From assembly GCF_001194135.2 (NCBI RefSeq), contig NC_068990.1:68057088-68121087 (forward strand): a stretch of 64,000 nucleotides of DNA. The letters run 5' to 3'. The translations under genes and the position numbers were made by a program. Position 1 is the first letter of the stretch. Every line of letters starts with the position of its first letter. This document shows positions 1 through 13,468 of the stretch, one piece after another. The notes under the pieces are model-generated. The model was not told where the DNA came from and did no database searches. It saw only the letters and a program-made list of their open reading frames with translations. The DNA comes from Octopus bimaculoides. Taxonomy: Eukaryota.

Positions 1-168
1 TGTGGTGGAAGAGTACAGCAGGGTTCGCCACCATCCCCTGCTGGAGCCTCGTGGAGCTTTAGGTGTTTTCACTCAATAAACACACGCAACGCATGGTCTG
101 AAAATCGAAACTGTGATCCTATGACCGTGAATCCGCTGCCCTAACCACTGGACCATTGCGCCTCCACA
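1..168 (-). mobile_element. tRNA-derived SINE, 5' part (cut by window edge)
   Basis: Minus strand reads GGAGGCGCAATGGTCCAGTGGTTAGGGCAGCGG...GTTTCGATTTTCAGACC, with Pol III A-box-like and B-box-like motifs followed by a SINE body. Confidence 0.75.
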
Positions 169-202
169 CATATATACATAAATACATACTTAATATATGA
201 TA

Positions 203-357
203 TATTTCTTTCAGTTTCCACGTACTAAATCAGAAGGCTTTCAACAGCCAATGGCTTTGGTAGAAGACACTTGCCCAAGTTGCCATGTAGTAGAACTGAG
301 CCTGGAACCATGTAGCTTAGAAACAATCTTCTTAACCACTCAGCCCCCACCTGCGCC
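203..357 (-). mobile_element. SINE family A, 5' half
   Basis: Shares agaagacacttgcccaag..ccatg..gaaccatgt with the 30431-30844 copy. Confidence 0.65.
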
Positions 358-900
358 AACTATATATTCATAAATTTGAATATTGATCCCAACATTGAAA
401 GAACCATGAAAGAAACTTTAATGAAACTTTGTTAAAGAACTTTATCATTTTCCATAGATGCATACAAACAAAAAGACAAAGCGACAAAAATAAGTAGGTA
501 AATGAAATGCATTTTAAATGTGATTGAATAAGTATTTTCCAAAGAAATAGATTGGTAAAACTATATTTCTTTCTTCCTCTTCATTACTTTCACTATTACA
601 CTAAAACAATGTTCCGTTTCTAATCAACTGATGAATAGTAAATCCATTTCTACTATCTTTTCTTATATTCTGTTAATTTCAAAAAGGATAGAAAAATGAA
701 ATGAAAATGTATTTCAAAAAGAAATTTAGACAACATATTCTTGATGTCATAGAAACAATTAGTACATTTTTATTATATTAATATATTCAATTAGTACTGC
801 ATCTTCAGGGAACTAATTTGACATGCTAATTTGGTGTTTTTGTGCATAGCCAAGCATACACATATTTAAGTATGCATATATTTAAACACATACACACGCG

Positions 901-941
<41 letters not shown>

Positions 942-947
942 GTGTAG

Positions 948-1100
948 AGCAGGCCTGGCTGTGTGGTTGTTGCATTCTTTTGTCAATCATGCAGTTTCAA
1001 CCTCAGACCCACTGCCTGGCATTTTGGGCAAATGTCTTTGACTAAAGATTTGTATGGATTTGGTAGGTAGAAACTGAATAAAGCCCACTGGATATATGTG
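948..1100 (+). mobile_element. SINE family A, 5' half (degenerate)
   Basis: ggctgtgtggt...ttgggcaaatgtctt...gatttggtag..gaaactgaa..agccc matches other copies. Confidence 0.6.
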
Positions 1101-1138
1101 TGTTTGTGTGTATGTGTATATATATGTATGTATGTATG

Positions 1139-1177
<39 letters not shown>

Positions 1178-1498
1178 TCAAATCTGAATTAAAAGCAGCT
1201 CAAGAGATATAAACAATATTGAACATACACAGGCAAAGTATGTCCTTTGCTAGTTCATGGGCAGGCTGTGCTTATAGGTGTAAAAGAATATATTCTCACT
1301 AATGCACCCAGTGTTAAAACTCCTGGACGCCATAGACAAGTGATATATATATATATGTATANNNNNNNNNNNNNNNNNNNNNNNNNNNNNNNNNNNNNNN
1401 NNNNNNNNNNNNNNNNNNNNNNNNNNNNNNNNNNNNNNNNNNNNNNNNNNNNNNNNNNNNNNNNNNNNNNNNNNNNNNNNNNNNNNNNNNNNNNNNNN

Positions 1499-1546
<48 letters not shown>

Positions 1547-3258
1547 CATCATCATTCTTAAACTTCCATTTTCCATGCTTACACACACATGTATGTGCGT
1601 GTGCATGTGTGCCTGAGTACCTGTATGCACATGTACTTGTGTGTGTTTGTGACTGTATATCCTTGTCTCGTCATCATGCAGCATTGTAAACAAGCATTAC
1701 TCTCATGCATACAGTGTCGCTCATTTTCAGTCTTCTGTGAAAATTTACCCAGCCACGAAATGTACTACTTTGTATGGAAATAGGTTAGGATTGATGACCA
1801 GAAAGACATCAGGTAGTAGAATATCTGCATTGATATATATTGTCTGACCCTTGCAAGCAAGGAAAATGGACATTAAAATGATGTTGATGATGATGTGCAC
1901 AGAAACATGTATACACATTGATATGTAGATCTGCACATATGGGAGAACCCTGAGTTAAGGTACTCATATTAGAATCATAACATTGTAGATCCAATACCTG
2001 AAGTGGGCAGCACATTGTGTTCTTCAGCAAGGAACTTCATTTCAGATTACACCTCTCCACTGCTGGAAACTGAGAAATATCCTACTTTTGGTGTAGCCTT
2101 TTCTCCCTCCAGCTACTGCATCTTGGATGCCCCACTGAGCGAAGAGTGCAAGGACTGAGAACATGCCTGTGTTTGTGACTAAGTGAGTACAATAAACAAT
2201 CAGCACAAAGCTGGTACATGAAACCAAAATATATGTCATTTGTGAGCAATGCATATAGCTAGTTAATGTGTGTACCAGTCTCCAAGAGCTTTGACTTGAT
2301 TCAGTGTTAAGCATTGGAAGTCATCAAAATCTGTTTAAACAGCAGTGTAATTTCATAAGTGAAGATTAACTTCAGAGTGACCGCCTTTGCATGAAGTTGG
2401 AATCCATATGTAACAATAGATAAAAAAGCAGTGAAGTATTTACCATATTTGAAGCAATTTTTTCTCACAAAATGTCTCAAGAATATCACCCTGGATCCTA
2501 TATGTGAATTTGAGCAACTTATAAACTTTAATAATTTTAAAATTTCTTTTTCTGAATATGTACTGCTGATCCTGAGACACATCTAATACCCCTGAGCATC
2601 TTCTATGTCATCAAATATGGTGGATATCTTTTCATGAGAACCAAGAAAGCAATGAAAAATATAACCTTGAAACATTGCCTACCGCACTGTTTAAAACATT
2701 TCGTTAACAGCTTACATAAAATATTTTGAAATTCAAATGTGATTATTGAAAGACATAAAACTGAGAGTACAGGAAGTTTTGAGCCATGCAGTAAACATAT
2801 CTTAATGAATAGTCAGCTGTTCAACTGCAGCAGTTGTTTACGACTATCACATGGTGTTAGACAATGAAACAAACGCACACAAACATATGTGTATGCTTTT
2901 ATATATCTATATATTCACACATGCGCTTATTTTGTATGTAAATCACACATACACACACATACACATGCACAAAGGAATTCTGTAATTTTCAGTCTACTAA
3001 ATCCATTCATAAGGCTTTGGTCAGCCAAAAATTCCATACAAGAGAAGTGAAACTGAAACTCTGGGGTTCAGAAGCAAACTTCTTAACCACACAACCATGA
3101 ATGTGTGTGTGTGTGTGTGCATGTGCACACACATACTCATGTCTATAAATAAGCATAGACAAACACACAACACTCAAATATATATAAATATATTTATACT
3201 GTGTCTATGACAGTGTGTATATGTTTGCACATATACCCAACTCTCTCCCTATATATAT

Positions 3259-3310
<52 letters not shown>

Positions 3311-3576
3311 CATATATATGTATGTATTACCATATATGCACTTCAATAAGATGAATGGTTTTCATGCAGAACTAGAAATTAAAATGAAAATTAATATTCA
3401 CAATCTAATGGGTGTTTGCTGTTTTAATGGAACTTTTGCCTGCAATATTTACAAGAATATAATTAAGTGTAACATACATTATCTAGCTTATATTCTGAAG
3501 GTACAGTCATCAGCTTGTGAGTAAATGCATATGCATATATATGCAGATATATTAGTGTGTGAGTGAGTGAATGAGA

Positions 3577-3622
<46 letters not shown>

Positions 3623-3917
3623 GAGAGTAAATCCTAAAAAGAAAAGACAAACAACATTCCTCTGGTGTATGCTATCATCAGCAAATATGTTTTTAAGCCC
3701 TCCTACATACCATAGCAAAGATGGATCTGCATGCTAAAATACAGTTTTCTTTATATAATTCTGGATATTTCTAGACCAGTGATACTCAATCATCTTTTTA
3801 CATTTGGATAACCATGATTCTTATTTTACTCTACTGGACCTCCATAGCCATTTGCTGTATATAAAAAATTCTGCTGTGTTTTTATAATGAAATATCATTA
3901 GGAATAATGTAAAAAGA

Positions 3918-4295
3918 GGCTTGTATGGTAAGAAACTTGCTTCCTAACTACATGATTCTGGGTTCAATCCCACTGCTTGGCACCTTGGGCGAGTGTCTTG
4001 TACTTTAGCTTCAAGTCGACCAAAACTTTGTGAGTGGACTTGGTAGACAGAAACTGAAAGAAGCCCATTGTATATATAGTATATGTATATATCTGTGTGT
4101 GTCTGTGTTTGACCCCCTTTCGTTGCTTGACAACTGGTATTGGTGTGTTTACATCCCCATAGCTTAGTAAAGAGACCAATAAAATAAGTACTAGGCTTAA
4201 GAAATAAGTCCTGAGGTTGATCTGTTCAACTAAAAACCCTTCAAAGTGGTTCTCCTGCATGGCCACAGTCAAATGACTCAAGTAAGGGAAAATAA
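3918..4295 (+). mobile_element. SINE family A, near full length
   Basis: tRNA-like head (gggttcaatccc), internal TA/TG microsatellite and 3' tail gcatggccacagtcaaatgact; colinear with 30431-30844. Confidence 0.85.
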
Positions 4296-4689
4296 TACTG
4301 TAGAAGTATAAGCAATTTATCACACATAAGTTTGAACAAAATTTGATATGGAACCCTAAGTGTCATACAGACACCAACTGAGAACCATTGTTCTAAACCC
4401 TTACCAATTATACAACTCCACCCTATCACCTTTTCTACTCTTATCATTCCTTTTCTCAACCTTGCTACCAATTACTTCCTTCTTCCCTATTGTCTGAAAT
4501 ATATACTTCAATTCTCTCTCTCTCTCTCTCTCTCTCACTTAGCAACCTTCATCTTACTGCCTAAGATAATTGTCCATTTTCTCTTCTAACACCCCTCAGT
4601 TGTAGGAGTCACTTTAGGGCCTTAGGCTCAAAAACTACAAGGTACACAAAGGCAAACAAAGCAAAATAAAAAAAACTTCAGTCACTCTC

Positions 4690-4860
4690 TACAGTGGTTG
4701 GCATCAGGAATGGTTTTCAGCCATAGAAACCATGCTCAAGTAAGCATAGGTGTTTGTTTCAGTCTTCTAGATCACCAGCTCCTATCAAGCTGTCCAACCC
4801 ACGCTATCACGGAAAATGGACGTTAGATGAGGATGGTGATGATGATGATGATGGGGATGA
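4690..4860 (+). mobile_element. RTE LINE 3' tail fragment
   Basis: gttggcatcaggaa..cagccatagaaac..tccaacccacgc..ggaaaatggacgttagatgaggatggtgatgat matches the tail at 41900-42056. Confidence 0.65.
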
Positions 4861-7039
4861 TAATTTTTCCTTTGGATTTTCTTTTTCTTTTTTTTTTTTG
4901 TTTTGTAATAATTCACATTTTATTATGCATTTCAATGAACTTTATTAAATCTTCAACAAATGAAACAGCATCGCTATCTCAATTTCCATTTTTCTCTCCT
5001 TTGGTTGTTTCCATATAACACTAAAGGTTTTGGTGTCTAATTAAAGGAACAATTATTACAAACACTTTGACAAATGCAAAACCTATTGATTCTCTTCGCA
5101 ATTTAATCTTTTAACCTTACAGCCTTCATTCTTATAGCATCTTCAGAAATATCTGCTGGTTCAATAACTCACCACGCCAATATTTCTCACTCCCACCCCA
5201 CTCTCAGACACACAATCTTCTCCTACCCCCACCCACCCACAATGGCCTGCTTTTGTTTATCCATTGCAGTGACCACTGGTAATAGTGGAGCCAGTTGTGG
5301 GTAACATCAAACCATAATGGCATTTAATCAAACCTGTGTGCCAGAGTAAGACAATGGTTAGTGTTGGTGGTCATTGGGAGAGGCTGTCACTTTCAAATTA
5401 CACCAGAATGGATATTTCTATTCTTTGTATTCTTCTCCATAGGAAAGTATGAAGAGACAGAAAAGGAGAGAGAGATAGATAGAGAGTGAGAGAGAAAGGA
5501 GGAATTGAGTGGGGAAAGAAGAGAGGGAGAAGAAGGGAGGGTTAGGATGCTAAAACTAAATCATTTATCATTATGGCTGAAATGGTACTGGCAGGTTTCA
5601 AAAGAGATATATATATATATACATATATATACATGCATACATACACACACATTTATGCCCATATATCTATTTATCTCTATATCCATCCATCCACCCATAC
5701 ATACATACATACATACATACATACATACATACACACAAACATAGATTTACATACATATGTACACACTTATATTTGTACATCTTCATGTTTATGCATGAAT
5801 GTGTGTGCATGTGCAAGAAGAAATGTTAAATACTTCCCATTACTGGCCACATTAGATGCTTCAGTATTATCATACCTTCACTTCTTTATCTTTTCTCACA
5901 GGATTGATCTTCCATCCATTCACTATATTTCATTCAATCTTTCATCTATTTATTGTCTCATTAATTTAAGCCTTCCTTCATCGTATCAATATATTTCACT
6001 TAATGTTTCATTCATTCTTTTATTCAACTTCTTTCAATATTCATTCTAATATTGTTCACTCAGGAATTTCTGTATTTATTTTAATTATTTTCATTCATTT
6101 GTTATTTTCAATTTCATTCAATAACACCAGAAATTTGCTAACAGCAATTTCAAATTCTATTGATGCCATATATATATATATTTATGTAATTACTGGTACT
6201 TAGGACATGAAACAATAGCTAAAATGAACGACTAAATATTCCTGAAGAAACACAATAGTAATAGGCTGTTCAGGTTGAAATTTCAATCAATAATATATAT
6301 ATAGATAGATCTGAAATTTGGCAATTAATGTAAGCATCAAACTCATAAATATGTATTAATAAATATATTAATAATTAAACACTCGGTGTACACAACTGAA
6401 ACAGCATCTAATTAAAACAGCTATCTATGTATTGTATTTAAAGTACATACACTGTTGACAGGTATGATGCTATGCTTTTTCTCTGAGAGAAAATCTGTCT
6501 CCAGAAACCTGATGCAATCCATGCCAGTATAGTAAAAGTGGATGTAAAAGCTGTGATGACAATGACAACATATACATTAGTTATCAATATAGCCATTTAT
6601 GTATTATACTTAACATATATACATTTTTGACAGGCATGAGGCTGTGGTTTTCATTTGAGAGCAAAAAAATCTCTGTATAAAACCACAATATATATCAGAG
6701 CAAGATGAAAATCATCTCAGCATTAGAATTCCAGACATGGTTCAGCTTCCTTGAGCCCTGTTAATGATGTATAATTGATAGTATGATGTATAATTGATGG
6801 TGAACTGATATTGCAGAAAGCCAGTAAGATGAATTAGAAATTCAGTGTAAGCAACAGAAACAGTATTTACTTTAAATAGCCATCTATGTATCATACTTAA
6901 TGTATATATACCCTTGACAAGCATATGATCATGTGAATAGGCATGTACATATGGCTGTGTCTCCTTGTTTAGATATCATGTGACTATTATAAATGATTGT
7001 CACTGTCATACAAGCAGTGTCATTCATTGCCAATATTCT

Positions 7040-7190
7040 GAGAAAACATGTCTGGCCATGGGGAAATATTACCTTGCTTGGAAACAGGAGAGGGTTGGAG
7101 ACAGGAGGTGCACCAAGCCATAGGAAGTAAAAACAGTCTGACCTATACAAGCATAGAAATATGGACACTGAAATGATGATGATGATGATG
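7040..7190 (+). mobile_element. RTE-tail-related repeat variant (ggggaaatattaccttgcttggaaacagg type)
   Basis: Motif recurs near 43900, 51000 and (inverted) near 63500; ends in (GAT)n. Confidence 0.5.
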
Positions 7191-9479
7191 AGTTTAAAAT
7201 CACAGAGCCAGAAAAAAACAGTTTTTTTAAAAACAAGACTGCAAATATTTTATACCAGAAATTACCAAAATGAGTGTTCAATGCTACATACATAATAAAA
7301 GTAACTGAATTAATAAATATAAAGAACTTTTAACTAAACCAAAATTTGTATTTTATCAAATTCCAAGCTAAAATTGAAAACTTAATTTCAACATTGTTTT
7401 CTGTGTTTTTCTGTCATATTGTGAGATTATGTCATCATCAAAGTAGTCTTTTATCTGAATAAATAATATGAACTAATGGTGTCGGTAAATGTTAGACGTA
7501 CACATGCAGCAGAATTCATTAAAAACAAGTTTCTTCTATCACACCACAGAGGAAAAATGGGAAAATCTCGACAGCCATTGCTTCAAAGACCATGCTTTGA
7601 TGACCGCTATCTCATGCTTATATTTCTATGCTTTCAGACTATATTTTCCATCAAAAGAGAGTGAAAAAATGGATGAATAATTGTAATGAAGGGAGAAAAA
7701 AAGATCAATGATACCATTTATTGTATTAATATTTGCTTTTTCCTAGTTGTATATTTTATTTTTATTCTTGTTCTTTTAGCAACAGAATTACAAATTGCTG
7801 TTTGCACACACTTTAAACCTAGCCAATAAATTACATTTATACTACATTAATATTTTAGCTTAATACATACAGCAATAATGGTTTCTTAATAAAGCATGAA
7901 GTTTTAAAATCATGAGATAAGGCATGAATGAAAAACTATAGTGCTTGAGTCTTTCCCAAAGGCACCATAACAGCAACTGAAGTCAGTTGTTCCAACTAGG
8001 TGCTGCTTTTTCCAACTAGTAATCAACATTGAAAAGCAAATTTAATTTTCATGGAACTTAGTTCCAACACACAGTGATAATATCAATCTAGTTTGGTTTC
8101 TAACTGGGTTATATATTTATAGAAGAAAAGAAATGAAATATTTTGGTAGGAAGTGGACTGATCACAGAAGAATCACCTCTAAATGTAACAGTATTTGCTT
8201 GCTCATTCTCCTGGGGTTGAGTTCTTTGATTAAAAACCCTTTAAGGCAGTGCTCCAGCATGTCAAAATGACTGAAATAAGTAAAAGAATAAGAACAACAT
8301 TATTTATTTACAACATATGTCTAAAGTATGACAAGGAAGCAAAAAGTGTTTCTCATCAAATTTTTGTTTTTTAGGTTAGTCTCTAAAATGGAAAAAAAAT
8401 ATTCAATGGTCAAAGACAATTAGGTGTCAGTTATTTAGATGAAGAATTTTGAGTTGTAGGGTACTATGGTGATGCATTAAATCTTCATACTTCACTTACC
8501 TGGCAATAATGCATAAGAATATGGTAGGAAAAGCAGAAGAACCAGGTGTTTAACACCACTGATTTGAAACCTTTTTGAGACAAGAATAGCTTCTAATAAA
8601 TGTATTCTCCATGTATGCTTCATATTAGCATTGCATCACAACCATATCAAAGAATAACTTGGTCTGTATAACTTATTCTATCCTCCTCTAGCTTAATTTC
8701 TTCACAAACGTGTTAGAATGACAGCAACCATTAATTCTAACCCCTTCTTGTCTTTAACGTACTCAATCTCCTCAACCACAAATGGTTTATAGTAAAATCC
8801 CTATAAATAAAAGCCAAAATTTAAGAAACAACACAAAGCAAAACTAAAAAATGATGTCTTACTGAATCAAAGTTTCTTTAAATCTCTGAGGGTTTTATCA
8901 CCATTAAGCCAGTTGGAATCACAATCACCCTATTAGCGCTAACATCCTTTATAACAATAGCAACAACAATACCATCAACATTACCAAGTCTGTTATTTTC
9001 TAGGGAAGAAAATTTATTTTGCCACCCATAAATAAAACAGCTGAATCTCTTAGCATTTTCTTAGCAGATATTTCACATAAATTGTTGAAATTTATTGTAA
9101 ACTCGGTATACTTACTTAAGGCACGTTAACCCTTTTACAGGAATTTAAAAAATAGTAAAGATGTTAAACAAAAAATAACAAAAATACAATTATACATTGT
9201 CATGATTTAGTGTGTGAGATGGGGAGTTGTGGAATGTTAAAGAAGACAAAAGAAAAAAGAAAACCCCGGAATAGAAGGCATGCAGTCTTTTAAAAAGAGA
9301 AGCAAAAATGCCATTTACCAAATCCACAGATTTTTTCACTTAATGGTTGATAAATATGTGAACTTTATAGAGGCATGTATACAATTTTTGCATGGACAGA
9401 AATCTACTGTAGATATGCATAAGCTTAAACTATCATTTTGAAGGAATAGGACAGCTTTCTGACTTATACTTGATCTTTA

Positions 9480-9960
9480 AATCACCATGACAACTGAAGA
9501 AATGCTATGTGGGGAGTGGGGAGTGGGGAGCAAATGAAATATGGAACTAAAATGAAGGAGTTCAAACCTGCCACTGACATAGTATGATGATGGAAGCAAG
9601 AAATGGAATAAAAAAAGAGAAAGAGGAAGGAGAGAGAAGGTGAAAGAGCATGAATAAGATAAGAGAGAGAGCCAAAATGAAAAAGAGATGAAAATAAGAG
9701 AACAGAGATAAAAGTAAAAGAAAGAGAAAAGCAGAAGAAGAAATGGAAGAGAAAAGAATAGCGAAAGAGGTGATGAGAGACAAAGGGAAAGGTTAAACGG
9801 GAGAGAATGATAGAGAGAGGAGGAGGAATAGGAGAAAGGTAGAAAGAAAGACTAAACAAAAAGCAGATAAATAATTAAAAAAAAAACATTAGAAGGAAAA
9901 AGAAGTAGAGAAAGAAGAAAAGTGAATGAGAAAGAAGGAAGAGGAAAATGTAGGGAGTAC
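9480..9960. repeat. Purine-rich (GA/GAA) low-complexity tract
   Basis: Plus strand is almost only A/G; the minus-strand F/S/L-rich ORFs are compositional artefacts. Confidence 0.75.
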
Positions 9961-10484
9961 AGGAATGAATAATTGAAAAGGCCAGTTTTTTTTTTTTAGA
10001 TTTGTCTATGAGGTAATATTGATGTTTATCTTTGTTAATAAAGTTTGACTTGTTGACTCTCACTGACCAGAGTAAACATAAATGTGCAATGAGTTGGTCA
10101 AAGGTCAAAGAAGATATTTAAAGAGTGAAGCTTTATAAGTCAGGTAGATGGAGTATATAATGTTATTTATATGATGAACTTGCACCCTGGATCAGCATCT
10201 TTAAGAAGGAGGAGTTGATGTGATGAAAGAATAAAAGGGTGTGTGAATGAAAATAGAAGTGTAGGATGAATGAGAGAAAAAGGAATGTGTTTGGGACAAA
10301 ATACAATAATTTACAAGAGAAAGGGAAGCATACATAGGAAAAACAGAGAATGTACACACTGTCATGTAAATATTTAGATATGATTGCAATTTAAGTTAGG
10401 TTCCATTTGTGTTTGGTCAACTCTGTTCCTTGGTATATCAGTTCAGTGTTTTGAGAAAGAGAAGTAATAGAAATTGTAGCTAAT

Positions 10485-10710
10485 TTAACCACTTTGATAC
10501 CAACCCGCCTGAAACTGCCTCTGGCAGTACAAATGTCTCTTCTTTTCAAAAGTTCTGCATTAAAATCTTCCACCAAACCTTAGTTGCAATTTATGTTACT
10601 AACACTAGCTTAATGGTAACTAAGTTATTTTACTAAATCTCTGTTATATTTAAAATTAATTGAAAGAAACACAGAGTATCTCAACAGAAATATGGTAACG
10701 AAAGAGTTAA
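10485..10710. mobile_element. piggyBac-type non-autonomous MITE
   Basis: TTAA at both ends; imperfect TIRs ttaaccactttgatacc ... ggtaacgaaagagttaa. Confidence 0.7.
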
Positions 10711-10717
10711 TAAGTGA

Positions 10718-10755
<38 letters not shown>

Positions 10756-10811
10756 ATTGGAATATGAAAGTTAGGAATTTTGAATAGTCTTAATAGGGTT
10801 TTAACTAACAG

Positions 10812-11060
10812 AATTGTTAGCATTTCAGAAAAAAATGCTTAATAGCATTTCAACCAGTTTTTACATTCTGAGTTCAAATCCCACTAAACTCAGTCAAGCA
10901 CAAGACTCAATGCAATTAACTTGTCCTTTCCCCACAAAAATTGCTGCCATTAAGCCCCTCAGTGGACTGGTATCCTGTTCAGGGGAATTATTGAGATCTT
11001 GGTCACTTATGCACTATGGAAACTGGGTATCTGGCCACATGAGTCCTAAGAACTCAACAA
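10812..11060 (+). mobile_element. Degenerate SINE (family B head)
   Basis: cagaattgttagca...ttctgagttcaaatccc resembles the 57431-57665 head. Confidence 0.5.
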
Positions 11061-11499
11061 TGAAAAACAAATAGTGTTTTAGAGCTATATTCCTGTAAAC
11101 AGATATGGTGTCTATTGTTCTGTAGGGCATTTCAGTGACTTTTGAAATTAGATTATGTTGTTTTGCTGCAAAAGTACTGGATAAATGCAGTTACGTTCTC
11201 AGCATAATTTTATCCACAAAGCATTGTTATGGAGGATTTTATTGCAATTTATTACACAGTGATTAGAGAAATTATATGACCAGTGTAGTCTCTAATGAAA
11301 CTTGCAGGATCAGTGACTGATGATAAGCTAATACCATGTCACTCATATTGTCACTAGCAGATGAGTACTATCTGGTAGTACATACTGTGAATTTGCTAAA
11401 TGTATTAGGACATGTTGATGCAAGTAGACATAGATACCGTTTTAGCATTAAGTAGAACACCAAAGATGTGATAACTGAAAGGAGAGAGAGCAACACTAG

Positions 11500-11665
11500 C
11501 AGCCGTATACATACCCATACACAGTCTAACAGAGTGGACTGGATCTATCTTAAACCAAGTGCCTTCTTCAAAGACACAACATACACCCCAGTCCAGGAAT
11601 CAAACCCACATCCTTATGATTAGAAGCTTAACACTTTAACAACCAGACCACATACCTTCATCCCG
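11500..11665 (-). mobile_element. tRNA/CORE-type SINE fragment
   Basis: Minus strand has tggtctggttgttaaagtg...gggtttgattcctggactgg...gtgtctttgaagaaggcactt. Confidence 0.55.
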
Positions 11666-12100
11666 ATATTGGAGTGTTTGCATATTATAACAAAAATTAG
11701 GCATTTACTCACAAAACTTTTAAGTGCAGAGTTAACTTTACTGTATAGAATGTTGGATAAAAATGGAAATATATAGAACAGGTAGAAGTTCATATTGGTG
11801 TTTGAAATTATCTTAAAACAAAGACAGTTCAAATATAGAAAATTATTGGAGAAATGCTTTATTTTATTTTTTATTTTTTACCCCCAAGTTTATTTTTTTA
11901 CCTTTGTAAACAACTATTTGTGGTGCCACAAAGGTTGATGTAAAAAGAGAAAGATGAAAATATAGATAAACGACATAAATAAATGATGGAAATAATAATA
12001 TTTTTAGTGTTGTTGTTGTTGATGATGATAATAAACATGTTAGAAGAGATACAGTTAATTTGTTTGCGTGTATGGGTATGTATACATGTGTGTGTGTGTG
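11630..12100 (+). repeat. Left arm of diverged inverted duplication (partner 15700-16150)
   Basis: tttgtggtgccacaaaggttgatgtaaaa is the reverse complement of ttttacatcaacctttgtggcaccacaaa at ~15822-15850; colinear over ~450 bp. Confidence 0.85.
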
Positions 12101-12467
12101 TGTGTGTTTACTTAGTTTAGAGTTTATGGATATATTTGTTTACATACATGTGCATATACATGTATGTATACCAAAATCACTAGACACACATATTCACAAA
12201 TATACGCTTATCTATATACATATAGATACATGTACATAAATATACACATATTCCAATACACAAATACATATACATGTATGAAATCATACAAACATGCACA
12301 CACATTCTTGTACAGAGCACGATATATATAGGGTATGACATAAAACTAATGTTAGAACGCTGTGTGTTTGTTCAGAGTGTGAAAGATGCATCTGTGAAGA
12401 AAAAAACTTGAAAAATGTTTATGAAATATCTGTTTGTTGTTGTGTATCAATTTTCAGAACACAGAGT

Positions 12468-12584
12468 ATATACAGAGAGAGAAATAACAAGAGTGGAGAT
12501 CTGTTCATATACAGAGAGAGAAATAACAAGAGTGGAGATCTGTTCATATACAGAGAGAGAAATAACAAGAGTGGAGATCTGTTC
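12468..12584 (+). repeat. Minisatellite, 3 x 39 bp
   Basis: Unit atatacagagagagaaataacaagagtggagatctgttc repeated three times with no spacers. Confidence 0.95.
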
Positions 12585-12624
12585 ATATGTTTATTTCCAC
12601 TCTTGTCACTATGTATATATCTTT

Positions 12625-12743
12625 TTCTTTCATCTTTTACTTGTTTCAGTCATTTGACTGTGGCCATGCTGGAGCACCGCCTTGAAGGGTTTTAGTCAAA
12701 AAATCAACCCTAGGACTTATTTTTTAAGCCTAGAACTTATTCT
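12625..12743 (-). mobile_element. SINE family A, 3' part (host of the palindromic insertion)
   Basis: tttcagtcatttgactgtggccatgctggagcaccgcc...aagcctagaacttattct; continues at 13565. Confidence 0.8.
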
Positions 12744-12829
12744 GTTCTATATTTGAGAGATGAGGAATTATGTACATTATTTACATTATTTACATTTGAC
12801 AGATATTTTTCCTCACCTTGTTTGTTGTT

Positions 12830-12875
12830 AACACAACATTTCAGCTGATATACCCTCCAGCCTTCTTCAGGTGTC
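12830..12875 (-). ncRNA. Minimal type I hammerhead ribozyme motif (left arm)
   Basis: Minus strand: gacac CTGAAGA a ggctg gagggtatat cagct GAAA t gt t gtgtt (core, stem II, GAAA, stem I gacac/gtgtt). Confidence 0.65.
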
Positions 12876-12943
12876 TTGGGGAAATTTCGAACCTGGGTTC
12901 TCATTCCTAAGGTATTTTTCAATGTTATTATTATTATTATTAT

Positions 12944-13020
12944 TCAGGTCACTGTCTGGAATTGAAATCGGAATCTTGGGGTTAGTAGGCTGCGCTCTTA
13001 ACGACTACGCCATATGCCCG
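12944..13020 (-). promoter_or_regulatory. tRNA-like Pol III head (left arm); not a functional tRNA
   Basis: Minus strand gggcatatggcgtagtcgttaagagcgc...gatttcaattcc carries decayed A/B boxes. Confidence 0.6.
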
Positions 13021-13320
13021 TGGGCAATTATGGAGTGAATATAAATCTAATATTTTCCTACCCTTCCTTAATACCGGTTCCCATATGCTATTCATATCTG
13101 CACTCGATCTGCTTAGGAGGATGAAGTTAAAATAATAGACAGAGAGCACCACTGGAAAATACAAAAAAATAAAAGAAGTAACAAATATGCTAGGACACAA
13201 CAACCTCCTAAGAGACCAAGTGCAGATATGAATATATGAATAGTATATGGGAACTGGTATTAAGGAAGGATAAGAAAATATTAGATTTATAAGCCCTAAA
13301 ATTCACTCTATAGTTGCCCA

Positions 13321-13397
13321 CAGGCATATGGCATAGTGGTTAACAGCACGGGCTACTAATCCCAAGATTCTGAGTTCGATTCCAGGCAGTGACCTGA
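13321..13397 (+). promoter_or_regulatory. tRNA-like Pol III head (right arm); not a functional tRNA
   Basis: A box tggcatagtgg, B box gagttcgattcc, loop ctactaa; acceptor stem does not close. Confidence 0.65.
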
Positions 13398-13468
13398 ATA
13401 ATAGTAATAAGAAGAAGAAGATCGAAAAATACCTTAGGAATGAGAACCCAGGTTTGAAATTTCCCCAA

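Noticed and set aside
6240-6290. cctgaaga...gttgaaa hammerhead-like motif
   Set aside because: Stems I and III cannot be closed convincingly; may be chance in AT-rich DNA
8490-8570. acttacctggca: U1 snRNA 5' end or a strong minus-strand donor
   Set aside because: Only 12 nt match U1 and the rest does not; no convincing exon frame
11315-11345. ctgatga motif
   Set aside because: No stem II or GAAA follows
12468-12584. CRISPR-like array
   Set aside because: Units are contiguous with no spacers, there are no cas genes, and the context is eukaryotic
13321-13397. Functional tRNA gene
   Set aside because: The acceptor stem does not pair and the anticodon stem is only ~3 bp; it is part of a repeat arm
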